Positions 18,073 to 26,583 of a stretch of DNA of 30,609 nucleotides are shown one piece after another. Source of the stretch: a virus. Its lineage: Duplodnaviria > Caudoviricetes. The notes under the pieces are model-generated. The model made no database searches. It was given only the letters and a program-made list of their open reading frames with translations, and was not told the origin of the DNA. The translations under genes and the position numbers were made by a program. The stretch spans positions 1-30,609 of the IMG/VR virus record IMGVR_UViG_3300016265_000403, one strand, 5' to 3'. Position 1 is the first letter of the stretch. Each line of letters opens with the position of its first letter.

Positions 18073-19146
18073 ATGAGAGTTTGCATTTGTTACAATGTTC
18101 ATCCAACTGGTTGTAGTTATTATCGGTTGGAAATGCCTAATGCGTATATTGCTGATAATTACCCAGATGTGGATTTTGTTAGCACAGACAATTTGCTTAA
18201 TTTGTCAAAAGAGCAATTAGAAGGCATTGACATTTTCTTGTTTAATCGGTATTGGTTGTTAGGGGATGCAGAAGATATTGTCAAAATGTATGATGGGTTA
18301 AGGCAATTGGGAGCAAAAATTGTGTTAGATATGGATGATTTTTGGTCATTGGAAAGTGGTCATCCAATGTATGCCGATTATACAAAAAACAAAACGGATG
18401 AAAAATTAAGGCAACAAATGAGGTTAGCAGACCACATTATAACCACCACAACACATTTAGCAGAAAAAATATCTGTGTTAAATAAGAATATAACAATACT
18501 GCCTAATGAACCATACGAGAAATACGAGCAGTTTATTCCAGACCCAAACCAAGAACAAGAAAAAGAATTGACAAAATTTGGTTGGTTTGGTGCGGCACAA
18601 CATACAGAAGACATTGAATTAATGCGTGAATCAATGCAATCGTTGTGTTATGATAACACATTAAATAATCGGTATCGTTTGTATTTGGCTGGTTGGAATG
18701 AGCCTAATCCAATCTATGAGGGATATGAAAGAGTATTTAGTAACAACCATCAAAACCCAAATTACGGACGCATTAAAGCGGCTGATATTTATTCTTATGT
18801 TAGTGGATACAACTTTGTAAATGTTGCACTTGCACCATTAAAAGACACAAAGTTTAACAAGTTAAAATCCGAATTGAAAATCATTGAGGCTGGATGGATG
18901 AACAAAGCCGTAATTGCATCTGACATTATACCATATTCCGATGTTATAACGCATAATAAAAACGGCATATTGATACCACAACACAAGCGAAGCGGATGGT
19001 ATAAAGCAATGAAAGCCTTAATTAATGACAAAGCAATGCGTATTGAATTGGCTAACAATTTAACACAAGACATTAAACGCTTGTTTGACATCAAGAAAAC
19101 TGGTCAAAGAAGATACGAATTGTATAAGCAATTGACAGAAAATTAG
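18073..19146 (+). CDS. Glycosyltransferase, GT-B fold (GT4-like)
   Basis: GCSYYRL.MP, VLDMDDFW, ADHIITTT..LA, LPN, FGWFG...H..D, and VALAPLKDTKFNKLKSELKIIEAG...VIASD. Confidence 0.82.
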   Translation: MRVCICYNVHPTGCSYYRLEMPNAYIADNYPDVDFVSTDNLLNLSKEQLEGIDIFLFNRYWLLGDAEDIVKMYDGLRQLGAKIVLDMDDFWSLESGHPMYADYTKNKTDEKLRQQMRLADHIITTTTHLAEKISVLNKNITILPNEPYEKYEQFIPDPNQEQEKELTKFGWFGAAQHTEDIELMRESMQSLCYDNTLNNRYRLYLAGWNEPNPIYEGYERVFSNNHQNPNYGRIKAADIYSYVSGYNFVNVALAPLKDTKFNKLKSELKIIEAGWMNKAVIASDIIPYSDVITHNKNGILIPQHKRSGWYKAMKALINDKAMRIELANNLTQDIKRLFDIKKTGQRRYELYKQLTEN

Positions 19147-19183
19147 TAACATTTTGTCAAACAAGTATTTGCAATAAAAGGCA

Positions 19184-19537
19184 ATGTTATACCTAATAAC
19201 AAATAGTGTTAATACAATTAATGTTACTTGGTTTGAACGGCAAAGGTCTGGAACAAAATATTTGTTGGAATTAACAAGTTTATCTTCTAATGAGCCAACA
19301 AATATCTTAATAACAAAAAGCACTAACCTAACCACAAAGCCAGACCGATACGATAGGTTTCAAATAACAATACCAGACCTACTTGAAGGCACTTACAAAT
19401 ACATAACATACGATTGCACAAACGGAATTAACGATGCAACTGGTGTTGTGGAAACTGGTATTGCTTATATCCAATTAGAAGAAGGTAACACAAAAACATA
19501 TCATCAAGATATAAATTACAAAGAATATGCAAATTGA
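19184..19537 (+). CDS. Hypothetical virion-associated protein
   Basis: 117-aa ORF with a beta-rich pattern, overlapping the portal start. Confidence 0.5.
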   Translation: MLYLITNSVNTINVTWFERQRSGTKYLLELTSLSSNEPTNILITKSTNLTTKPDRYDRFQITIPDLLEGTYKYITYDCTNGINDATGVVETGIAYIQLEEGNTKTYHQDINYKEYAN

Positions 19538-21806
19538 CAAAAAACAAATTGTCCAAAAGTTTATGCAATGGTCTGGTATTGAGCATAAAGTACCAATTAT
19601 GCTTGATAACAAAACTGGTAAATACATAACCTATGGTCTTAACAATGAATATCCATATTATTTGTTGGATATGTACCGAAGGAGTTCCAAACACAATGCA
19701 ATTGTAAATGGAAAAACAAATTACATTTTCGGCAAAGGATGGCGAATAACACAAGAATCTACATTGGAAGATGAAGCAGTTTATAACAAATTTTTTAACA
19801 ACGCATCCAACGATGAAGATTTAAACGATGTTACAGAAAAACTAATATTGGATTTGGAATTGTTTAATGGTTTTGCTCTTGCAATTACTTGGAGTAAAAT
19901 TGGAACAATACATAGTTACGAGCATATTCCGTTTGAAAAGATTAGGGTAAATCGTGATAAAAAAGGATTTCAAATTGCTACTTGGTATGATGAGTTAGGC
20001 AATCAAATGTTTCCACAAGAAAAAGACATTGAGAAAATAGAATGCTTTGATTCTAACAATAGACAAGGAAGGCAATTATTTTATTATCGTGTTTATTCGG
20101 CTGGTGTTAAACATTATCCATTACCAGAATATTTGGGTGGTTTGGCTTGGATTGAAGCGGATGTAGAAATAGCCAACTTTCATAACAATAATTTGCGTAA
20201 CAATTTTTGGGGCGGCTATCTTATTAATTTTAACAACGGCATTCCAACACCAGAAGAACAAGAAGAAATTGAACGGCAAATAAAACACAAGTTTTCTGGT
20301 ACAGATAACGCTGGTCGCTTTGTGGTAACATTTAATGATGATAGCAGTAAAGCACCATCATTGTTACCGCTTACTCCATCGGATATGGATAAGCAATTTT
20401 CTATGTTAAATGATGCAGTCCAACAAGAAATTTTTATCTCCCATCGTTGTACCAATCCATTGTTATTTGGTGTTAAAACCGAAGGACAATTAGGTGGAAC
20501 AACGGAATTAGTTGCATCCTATGAAATATTTAAATCCGTTTATGTAGATGACAGAGTGCAGAAAATAGAACGGATTATTAATTACATAGCATCTTTTAAT
20601 GGTGTTACAACATTAGAATTAATTCCAAAAGAACCTATTGCACAACAACTTTCCGAAACGGCATTGTTACAAGCAATGACAAAAGAAGAATTGCGTGAAA
20701 AGGCTGGATTGCCAGAAATTGAAACCAAGCAAGAATCAAGCGTAAAAGATGTTATTGAAGCCATTAATTCGCTATCCCCATTGGTTGCTAACAAAGTATT
20801 GGAATCAATGTCACCAAATGAAATTAGGTCATTAGTATCGTTGCCTCCAAAAACCGAAGGAGAAGTTATTGCTAATGTTGATGTTACAACACAAGTAAGT
20901 CCAGAACCAACACAAGAACAAGGATTAATTTCAAACGAACATTTACGCAAATTAAGTGGTAGAGAATACCAAAATCTTATGAGAATAGTTAGACAATACA
21001 ACCAAAACAAAATAACATTAGACATTGCTAAAACAATGCTAACGGCTGGATTTGGATTGAATGAAATAGAAATTAACACAATATTGGGCATCCGTGAAGA
21101 GCAACAATTTAGTGTTGTCAAAGGTGGTCAAATTGAATGTGTTTGGGGGGAAAAAGAATACCAAGTGTTAAATCAACTTGGTATGAAACTTGGTAAAAAT
21201 GCCGAAGATTATATTGTGTTACACACAAAGCAATTACCAGTTATTGGAGAAATGGAAGATGTAGAAATGAAATTAGATAGTTACAGATTGTATGCGTTTG
21301 CTGAAATGTCCGTAGAAGATAAAGAATTGGACAAAAGAATATTAGCACATCATAAGAAATATCCAAACGCTGGAGCAAAAGAAATTGCAAGAGAATTAAA
21401 TGTTAGCGAAGCAAGAGTAACAAAGCGTATTGCTTATTTGGTTGATAACAATAAATTTCCGTATCAACAAGAGGTTGAACGCAAAATTAAAGACAAGCAA
21501 CAACCAAAAGAAGAAGAAAAAGTTATTGAAACAATGTATAAATACGAATGGCGAAGTGGAGAATTTGATGATTCCGATTTGGTAACATCAAGAGCATTCT
21601 GCCGTACAATGATGAATTTGAGCCGTGCTGGTAAGGTTTATACAAGAAAAGACATTAACGCAATATCCGATGTTATGGGATATAGTGTTTGGAACAAACG
21701 AGGCGGATGGTACACCGAAGCAAATGGTACACATTCGCCAAGTTGCAGACACATTTGGGAACAACAATTGGTAATCCGTAAAGGCAAAAAATTAATTGCA
21801 CTATGA
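19527..21806 (+). CDS. Portal protein with long C-terminal extension
   Basis: First ~400 aa show portal-like motifs (SSKHNAIVNGK, YPLPEY, NFHNNN, FSGTDNAG, H..TNPLLFG...GQLG). They are followed by helical, HTH-like and Cys/His-containing segments. Confidence 0.8.
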   Translation: MQIDKKQIVQKFMQWSGIEHKVPIMLDNKTGKYITYGLNNEYPYYLLDMYRRSSKHNAIVNGKTNYIFGKGWRITQESTLEDEAVYNKFFNNASNDEDLNDVTEKLILDLELFNGFALAITWSKIGTIHSYEHIPFEKIRVNRDKKGFQIATWYDELGNQMFPQEKDIEKIECFDSNNRQGRQLFYYRVYSAGVKHYPLPEYLGGLAWIEADVEIANFHNNNLRNNFWGGYLINFNNGIPTPEEQEEIERQIKHKFSGTDNAGRFVVTFNDDSSKAPSLLPLTPSDMDKQFSMLNDAVQQEIFISHRCTNPLLFGVKTEGQLGGTTELVASYEIFKSVYVDDRVQKIERIINYIASFNGVTTLELIPKEPIAQQLSETALLQAMTKEELREKAGLPEIETKQESSVKDVIEAINSLSPLVANKVLESMSPNEIRSLVSLPPKTEGEVIANVDVTTQVSPEPTQEQGLISNEHLRKLSGREYQNLMRIVRQYNQNKITLDIAKTMLTAGFGLNEIEINTILGIREEQQFSVVKGGQIECVWGEKEYQVLNQLGMKLGKNAEDYIVLHTKQLPVIGEMEDVEMKLDSYRLYAFAEMSVEDKELDKRILAHHKKYPNAGAKEIARELNVSEARVTKRIAYLVDNNKFPYQQEVERKIKDKQQPKEEEKVIETMYKYEWRSGEFDDSDLVTSRAFCRTMMNLSRAGKVYTRKDINAISDVMGYSVWNKRGGWYTEANGTHSPSCRHIWEQQLVIRKGKKLIAL

Positions 21807-22390
21807 ACAAGGCATTATTCATAACAGAAAATACATTGATAGAAAATTCTATCATTAACGAAAATGTATCTTATTCAATGATAAGACCAACCATTGTTAA
21901 GGTACAAGAAATGCGTATCCAACCAATTTTGGGTTCTGCGTTGTATAACGAAATTGTAACACAAGTTAAAACAACACCACAAGTAATATCTGCACAAAAT
22001 GTTACATTGTTGCAAGACCATATTCAACCAGCAATTATCCAATGGTTATATTATGAATTACCATCTGTGTTATCTTTTCGTTTTGTCAATAGGGGAATGG
22101 TACGGCAAACAAGTGATAACACAACTCCAATGTCAATTGAAGAAATAGTTAAATTAACAGATAAAGCGTTGAATGATGCTGAATGGTATTCGGAACGCAT
22201 TACAAGGCATTTGATGGAAAACAGAACATTGTACCCATTGTGGAATAATCCACCAGCACAATTGGATACCATTTACCCAAATATGACTAATTACAATGCT
22301 GGGATGGTGTTACGCAGAAACACAAGGAGAGGAAGTTGGGGAATGGATTACCCATACAATTATGGTAACACAATTTGTAAAGAATGCTAA
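21803..22390 (+). CDS. Putative head-tail adaptor/connector protein
   Basis: Coupled to the portal gene (ATGA); helical protein with QEMRIQPILGSALY and AEWYSER..RHL. Confidence 0.55.
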   Translation: MNKALFITENTLIENSIINENVSYSMIRPTIVKVQEMRIQPILGSALYNEIVTQVKTTPQVISAQNVTLLQDHIQPAIIQWLYYELPSVLSFRFVNRGMVRQTSDNTTPMSIEEIVKLTDKALNDAEWYSERITRHLMENRTLYPLWNNPPAQLDTIYPNMTNYNAGMVLRRNTRRGSWGMDYPYNYGNTICKEC

Positions 22391-22432
22391 CAATGGGAGT
22401 GCATAAAACAAACATTATCAAACTAAAAAAAT

Positions 22433-23005
22433 ATGTGGAATCAAATAAAGAATGCGTTGTTACAGATAGCAAACAACCATCCTCAATTAAACGCATTCGG
22501 AACTGGGAGTCCATTAGACATCGGAACACATAACACAATTAATTTAAGAACACCAAACAGAGAAAGATTGCAATACCCATTGTTATTTATTGATGTTCAA
22601 AATGTCAATGTGGACAATGAAGAAATGATTGCATTTAATTTCAATATGTTGGTATCGGATAAAGTTGAATCTGGTAAAATCAAAAATGAAATTGTTAGTG
22701 GTTCGGTTTATTCTTGGATGAATAGCGAAGACGAAGTTTTAAATGATACATTGTTTATTGGCTTGGATATTATTAGTGCCTTACGCAATGACCCAACATA
22801 CAATTGGGAATTTTTGGAATCCAGCAATGGACAAAGGTTTGTGGAGGGAGGGGAAGATGTTACGGCTGGATGGAGTTTTGGGATAACATTAAATGTGCCT
22901 TATCCAAATGTCATTGGAGGCTTATCCCCAGCCGATACTTGCATTACACTTGGTAATGGTATTGGTGGTGGTGGTGGCGGTGGTGAATTACCACAAGAAG
23001 GTTAA
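22433..23005 (+). CDS. Putative tail terminator/head-tail joining protein
   Basis: Acidic protein with YPLLFI, L.DT..I..DI and AGWSF motifs and a Gly-rich tail; follows the adaptor gene. Confidence 0.45.
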   Translation: MWNQIKNALLQIANNHPQLNAFGTGSPLDIGTHNTINLRTPNRERLQYPLLFIDVQNVNVDNEEMIAFNFNMLVSDKVESGKIKNEIVSGSVYSWMNSEDEVLNDTLFIGLDIISALRNDPTYNWEFLESSNGQRFVEGGEDVTAGWSFGITLNVPYPNVIGGLSPADTCITLGNGIGGGGGGGELPQEG

Positions 23006-23012
23006 TTTTGCA
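23003..23012 (+). promoter_or_regulatory. Candidate Bacteroidota -7 promoter element upstream of the holin-like gene
   Basis: TAATTTTGCA matches TAnnTTTG and lies about 25 nt before ATG 23036. Confidence 0.35.
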
Positions 23013-23035
23013 ACAATAATTAAAATACAATATTT

Positions 23036-23269
23036 ATGTTTAGACGAAACAAAAAACAACAGACAAAAGAACCTAAATTAAATCTTATGCAATCAGCAGT
23101 TATTGCCTTATTGAGGCACATCTTGACATTTATTGGTGGAACAATTGTAGCCAAAGGCTTGATGTCCGAAGAATTAATGCTTGAATTAGTTGGTGGATTA
23201 ATAACAATTCTCTCAACTGGTTGGATGTTCATTAGCAAATTGAAAGGCAAAGATGAAGTTGCTAAATGA
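23036..23269 (+). CDS. Putative holin (two transmembrane segments)
   Basis: Hydrophobic segments AVIALLRHILTFIGGTIVA and LVGGLITILSTGWMFI with a charged C-terminus; close to the endolysin. A second in-frame ATG lies at 23087. Confidence 0.6.
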   Translation: MFRRNKKQQTKEPKLNLMQSAVIALLRHILTFIGGTIVAKGLMSEELMLELVGGLITILSTGWMFISKLKGKDEVAK

Positions 23270-23531
23270 CAATATTCTAATTGTTCTTGCAGTTGCGTTA
23301 TCCAATGTTATTACTTGGATGGCGAAAGGATATATTGACAAAGATTCTGTTAATGTCAAACAAGCCAAAGCCGTTTTGGAAATGTGGGAAACAACGGCAA
23401 AGGCACAAGAAAGAGAAATAGCAGAATTAAAGAATCAATTAGGGGAACTCAATAAAAAGATGGTTGAAATGCAAAAGCATATCAACAAATTGGAAATTGA
23501 GAATCAACGCTTGAAAAAGAATACGGATTAA
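23253..23531 (+). CDS. Membrane-anchored coiled-coil protein (lysis accessory candidate)
   Basis: N-terminal hydrophobic ILIVLAVALSNVITW followed by a heptad coiled coil; located between holin and amidase. Confidence 0.45.
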   Translation: MKLLNDNILIVLAVALSNVITWMAKGYIDKDSVNVKQAKAVLEMWETTAKAQEREIAELKNQLGELNKKMVEMQKHINKLEIENQRLKKNTD

Positions 23532-23953
23532 GTTGTTGGTGTTTTAGCAACATCATACAAATAACCATATTCTTTTTCTGCGTCAAACCTTGGACAAGCC
23601 TTTGCGACATTGGGAAAATCCCTATGCCCAATAATTTTTGCGTTTGGGTATTTCTTTAACCAATGCAGTAATACACCAGCAATTGATTTGCGTTGTCCAA
23701 TTGTTCGGTCATCTACATCTTTACCACCAATATAACACAAGTGTAAGCAAACGGAATTATAACCTTTAACACCATTTGTTATGGATTCTTCTGGTGCTAA
23801 ATCAACAATTGTTCCATCTGCTTTAATTATTTTATGATAGCCAACGGCTTTCCATTTTAACGCAGTTTTCCAATAACGCTTAATAGAATCAATACTTGTG
23901 TTATGTGGTGTTGCCGAACAATGACAAACAAGGTATTTAATGGTTCTGCTCAT
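23528..23953 (-). CDS. N-acetylmuramoyl-L-alanine amidase endolysin (T7 lysozyme/Amidase_2-like)
   Basis: YLVCHCSAT, GYH..I..DG, KGYNS...CYIGG and IIGHRDF...KACPRFD; the His/His/Cys Zn ligands are present. Confidence 0.92.
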   Translation of the reverse strand: MSRTIKYLVCHCSATPHNTSIDSIKRYWKTALKWKAVGYHKIIKADGTIVDLAPEESITNGVKGYNSVCLHLCYIGGKDVDDRTIGQRKSIAGVLLHWLKKYPNAKIIGHRDFPNVAKACPRFDAEKEYGYLYDVAKTPTT

Positions 23954-23983
23954 AATTAGAAATATGCAATTGACAAAATTGTG

Positions 23984-24193
23984 TTATTCTTCTGGATTAA
24001 GTAATGCAAAGAAATAATCTTGGTCGGTTAATTTATAATTAGCAATATCAATTGTGGTTTTATGTGGGTTAAAACCTAAATTGTTTTGACATTTGCGAAA
24101 TGCCCACAACAACTTATGATTGTTGTCTAATTCTTTTTGTGTTATTGCATTCATCAACATCAATAACATTTGAAGATACTTGGTGTCTTGCAT
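23984..24193 (-). CDS. Hypothetical protein
   Basis: 69-aa ORF tightly packed in the minus-strand operon. Confidence 0.55.
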   Translation of the reverse strand: MQDTKYLQMLLMLMNAITQKELDNNHKLLWAFRKCQNNLGFNPHKTTIDIANYKLTDQDYFFALLNPEE

Positions 24194-24196
24194 TGT

Positions 24197-24358
24197 TTAT
24201 CCGTTTAAATGTTTGGCTACAATAATTCTTCCGTACAATTCCCAATTGATTGTGAATGGTTTGATTGTTTCGGAATGGTCTGGTTTAATTAATTTGGTAA
24301 CAGATTTTGCAATGTATTTTTTCCATTGCGTAAAATTGGTTTCTGGATTGGTTTTCAT
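24197..24358 (-). CDS. Hypothetical protein (53 aa, MKTNPETNF...)
   Basis: ATG at 24358 overlaps the TGA of the VRR-NUC gene, and the ORF fills the gap exactly. Confidence 0.55.
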   Translation of the reverse strand: MKTNPETNFTQWKKYIAKSVTKLIKPDHSETIKPFTINWELYGRIIVAKHLNG

Positions 24359-24684
24359 AAGTGTTTTTTTAATAGGTTTAAAAATTGTTGTTGAGTTCGG
24401 ATAATAACATAAGTGTAACCAAATGCAGTTACTTGTTGTTCCCATTGTTTTTGCAATTCGGATTGTTTGCCTTTTTCAGTTTTGAACTCAATAAAGACAA
24501 TGCCGTTTCTGGTCAATAAAGACATATCAGCAACACCAGAAATTAAGCCAATGGCTTTTAAATGGTATCCGTTTTTTGCACTCCTTGGGTTGTTGTAATT
24601 CAAGAACAACAATCCGTGAAGATTTGGGTACAATAGATTAAATAACCTAACGCATTCTCTTTGTAACAAATATTCTTTGGTCAT
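24355..24684 (-). CDS. VRR-NUC domain nuclease (PD-(D/E)XK)
   Basis: GLISGVADM, VFIEFKTEKGKQSELQKQWE and G..Y.IIR; ATG 24684 is coupled to the dnaB stop. Confidence 0.85.
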   Translation of the reverse strand: MTKEYLLQRECVRLFNLLYPNLHGLLFLNYNNPRSAKNGYHLKAIGLISGVADMSLLTRNGIVFIEFKTEKGKQSELQKQWEQQVTAFGYTYVIIRTQQQFLNLLKKHL

Positions 24685-25955
24685 TGTGCAAATGCTTTTG
24701 TGTATTCTAATTGACAAACAATTCTTGTGTTACCTAATGAGCCGTTTCTGTTTTTGCGTATTAGCACCTCCATCGTGTTAATGTTGTCAATTTTTTCTTG
24801 ACCAGTCATATATTCCGATGGTCGGTAAACAAATACAACTTTGTTAGCATCAAATTCCAATTGTCCAGTTTCACGCAAATCCGATAATTGCGGTCTATGG
24901 TCTGGTCTTTGTTCCGTTTGCCTTGACAACGAAGAAACAACAACGCCAAACACATTGTGCCGTTTACAAATTGCTTTAATTGCTTTGCTAATGTTTGTGT
25001 ATTGTTCCGTTTTGCCTTTAATTAAATCGTGTTGCATTGGAGAAATTAACTGGAAATAATCCAAGTAAAAACCAACAATGCCGTACCTTGCTTTTAATCT
25101 TACAATTTCCGATTCTATGCGTTCAATGTTTGCAGTAGGTAAATCCACAATGTGCAACGGCTTATTTTTTAATTGGTCAATGGTAATGCCCATTTGAGTA
25201 AATTGCTCATTGGTAATTCTATTGTATGGGTCAAGAAATGCGTGACCATCAATAGAACACAAATTAGAACAAATGCGTTGCATTAATTCTTCCGTTCCCA
25301 TTTCCATTGTTATGAATGCAATAGGCACATCATTTAACGCTTGGTTTAATGCCCATTGCAAAGCCAATAAAGTTTTGCCCATTGCTGGTCTTCCACCAAG
25401 TAAAATAAATTCGGTTGGTTTAAATCCAGTAACCACATAATCAATTGGGCGAATGTATGTCTTATAAATGTGAGGCAATTTTTTACCAGACATAACATTG
25501 TTTAATTCCACCAAATAATTGACTGACAATTTATGTGCCGTAATATCGGATGGTTCTAACAATGTGTTATTAATTTCGGTCATTTGACTAAAAGCAGTTC
25601 CAATATCTATTTCACCAGTAAATAATGATTGCTTTAATTTATTAATTTCCCTTTGCTTATGCAAATCGTTTAAATCGTTTGCGTAAATCTTCCATTCGTG
25701 TCCGTAATAAATACCATCCGTATAACTAATCATTGTCGGCAAATCAATATTTAATTTGTCATCAATAATTTGTTTACCAATGGTCGCAATATTAATTGGT
25801 AGATTTTTGTTATACACTTTCTTTATTGCTTGAAATACTTGTTTGCGTTCCGCAGTAAATAATTCTTCGTGTAACAAAGGCACAATGTCATCCGTTGTAA
25901 CATCGGATAATAGAATGCCCAATAAGCGTTGTTCAATAATGGTATGGTTCTTCAT
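24681..25955 (-). CDS. dnaB: Replicative DNA helicase, DnaB family
   Basis: Walker A GGRPAMGKT, TMEM, LDYFQLI, SSLSR, RPQLSDLRETGQLEFDA and KNRNG. Confidence 0.95.
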   Translation of the reverse strand: MKNHTIIEQRLLGILLSDVTTDDIVPLLHEELFTAERKQVFQAIKKVYNKNLPINIATIGKQIIDDKLNIDLPTMISYTDGIYYGHEWKIYANDLNDLHKQREINKLKQSLFTGEIDIGTAFSQMTEINNTLLEPSDITAHKLSVNYLVELNNVMSGKKLPHIYKTYIRPIDYVVTGFKPTEFILLGGRPAMGKTLLALQWALNQALNDVPIAFITMEMGTEELMQRICSNLCSIDGHAFLDPYNRITNEQFTQMGITIDQLKNKPLHIVDLPTANIERIESEIVRLKARYGIVGFYLDYFQLISPMQHDLIKGKTEQYTNISKAIKAICKRHNVFGVVVSSLSRQTEQRPDHRPQLSDLRETGQLEFDANKVVFVYRPSEYMTGQEKIDNINTMEVLIRKNRNGSLGNTRIVCQLEYTKAFAQ

Positions 25956-26562
25956 CTTGTGGTTTTTGGTTTAGTAGGTTTGTGGTTAATTCATCGTTCC
26001 ACCTTTTGTTGTTAATGTAGGTGGAAGGCATAGGTACATATTGAATCGGTGTTTGCGAAAACAAGCGTTCAATGTTATCAATAGCAAGTTGTTGTTCATC
26101 GTTTGGTAATTTCAAAAACAATTTATTTGCTAATGCTTTGTTTTGTTTCTTTGGGTACGATGACCAAAATGTATCAAACAAAGTTGCATCAATTTCCGTA
26201 ACAATAGTCTTAACTCTTTTTGCTTTGGTGGATTCTGCTGGTTGTTTGTTCCATCGTTTTTCAGCAGATTTTTTACCGCCCAATGACAAGCGTTCTTTGA
26301 CAGAATAAATTTCCGCAATTTGAATATCCAGAAATTTTATAACAATAGATTCGCCATTGGTTTCAACCATATTTAGTTTAAGCAATGTTGGGAAATGTCC
26401 ATCCGTTTCCAGTTCAGCGTGAGCAATTGACATTTGACATTCGTTGTTCCAATAAATGCAACACAAACGCAAAAAGGCAATTTGCACATCCGAACTTTGA
26501 CGGCTAATTCTGCCCATCATCCAATCCGATGGGCAGAATTTAAACCAAGTCAATGATTTCAT
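25933..26562 (-). CDS. Putative replication initiator (YdaU/DUF1376-like N-terminus)
   Basis: WFKFCPSDW...AFLRLCCIYW, GGKKSAEKRW, and C-terminal FDTFWSSYPKK...PSTYINNKRWNDE; directly upstream of dnaB. Confidence 0.7.
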   Translation of the reverse strand: MKSLTWFKFCPSDWMMGRISRQSSDVQIAFLRLCCIYWNNECQMSIAHAELETDGHFPTLLKLNMVETNGESIVIKFLDIQIAEIYSVKERLSLGGKKSAEKRWNKQPAESTKAKRVKTIVTEIDATLFDTFWSSYPKKQNKALANKLFLKLPNDEQQLAIDNIERLFSQTPIQYVPMPSTYINNKRWNDELTTNLLNQKPQDEEPYHY

Positions 26563-26583
26563 AGCCGACAAATGTAACACAAA

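Noticed and set aside
2627-22538. Numerous 60-180 aa minus-strand ORFs opposite the plus-strand genes, and plus-strand ORFs opposite the 24-28 kb genes
   Set aside because: They lie antisense to well-supported genes, have no recognisable motifs, and are the expected shadow of biased codon usage.
22952-22986. GGT repeat encoding GNGIGGGGGGG as a contingency or variable repeat
   Set aside because: It is a short in-frame triplet run at a protein C-terminus and most simply a flexible Gly tail; there is no evidence of phase variation.
25933-26562. Replication origin iterons inside the initiator gene
   Set aside because: Expected by analogy with lambdoid O genes, but I could not find convincing direct repeats by eye.
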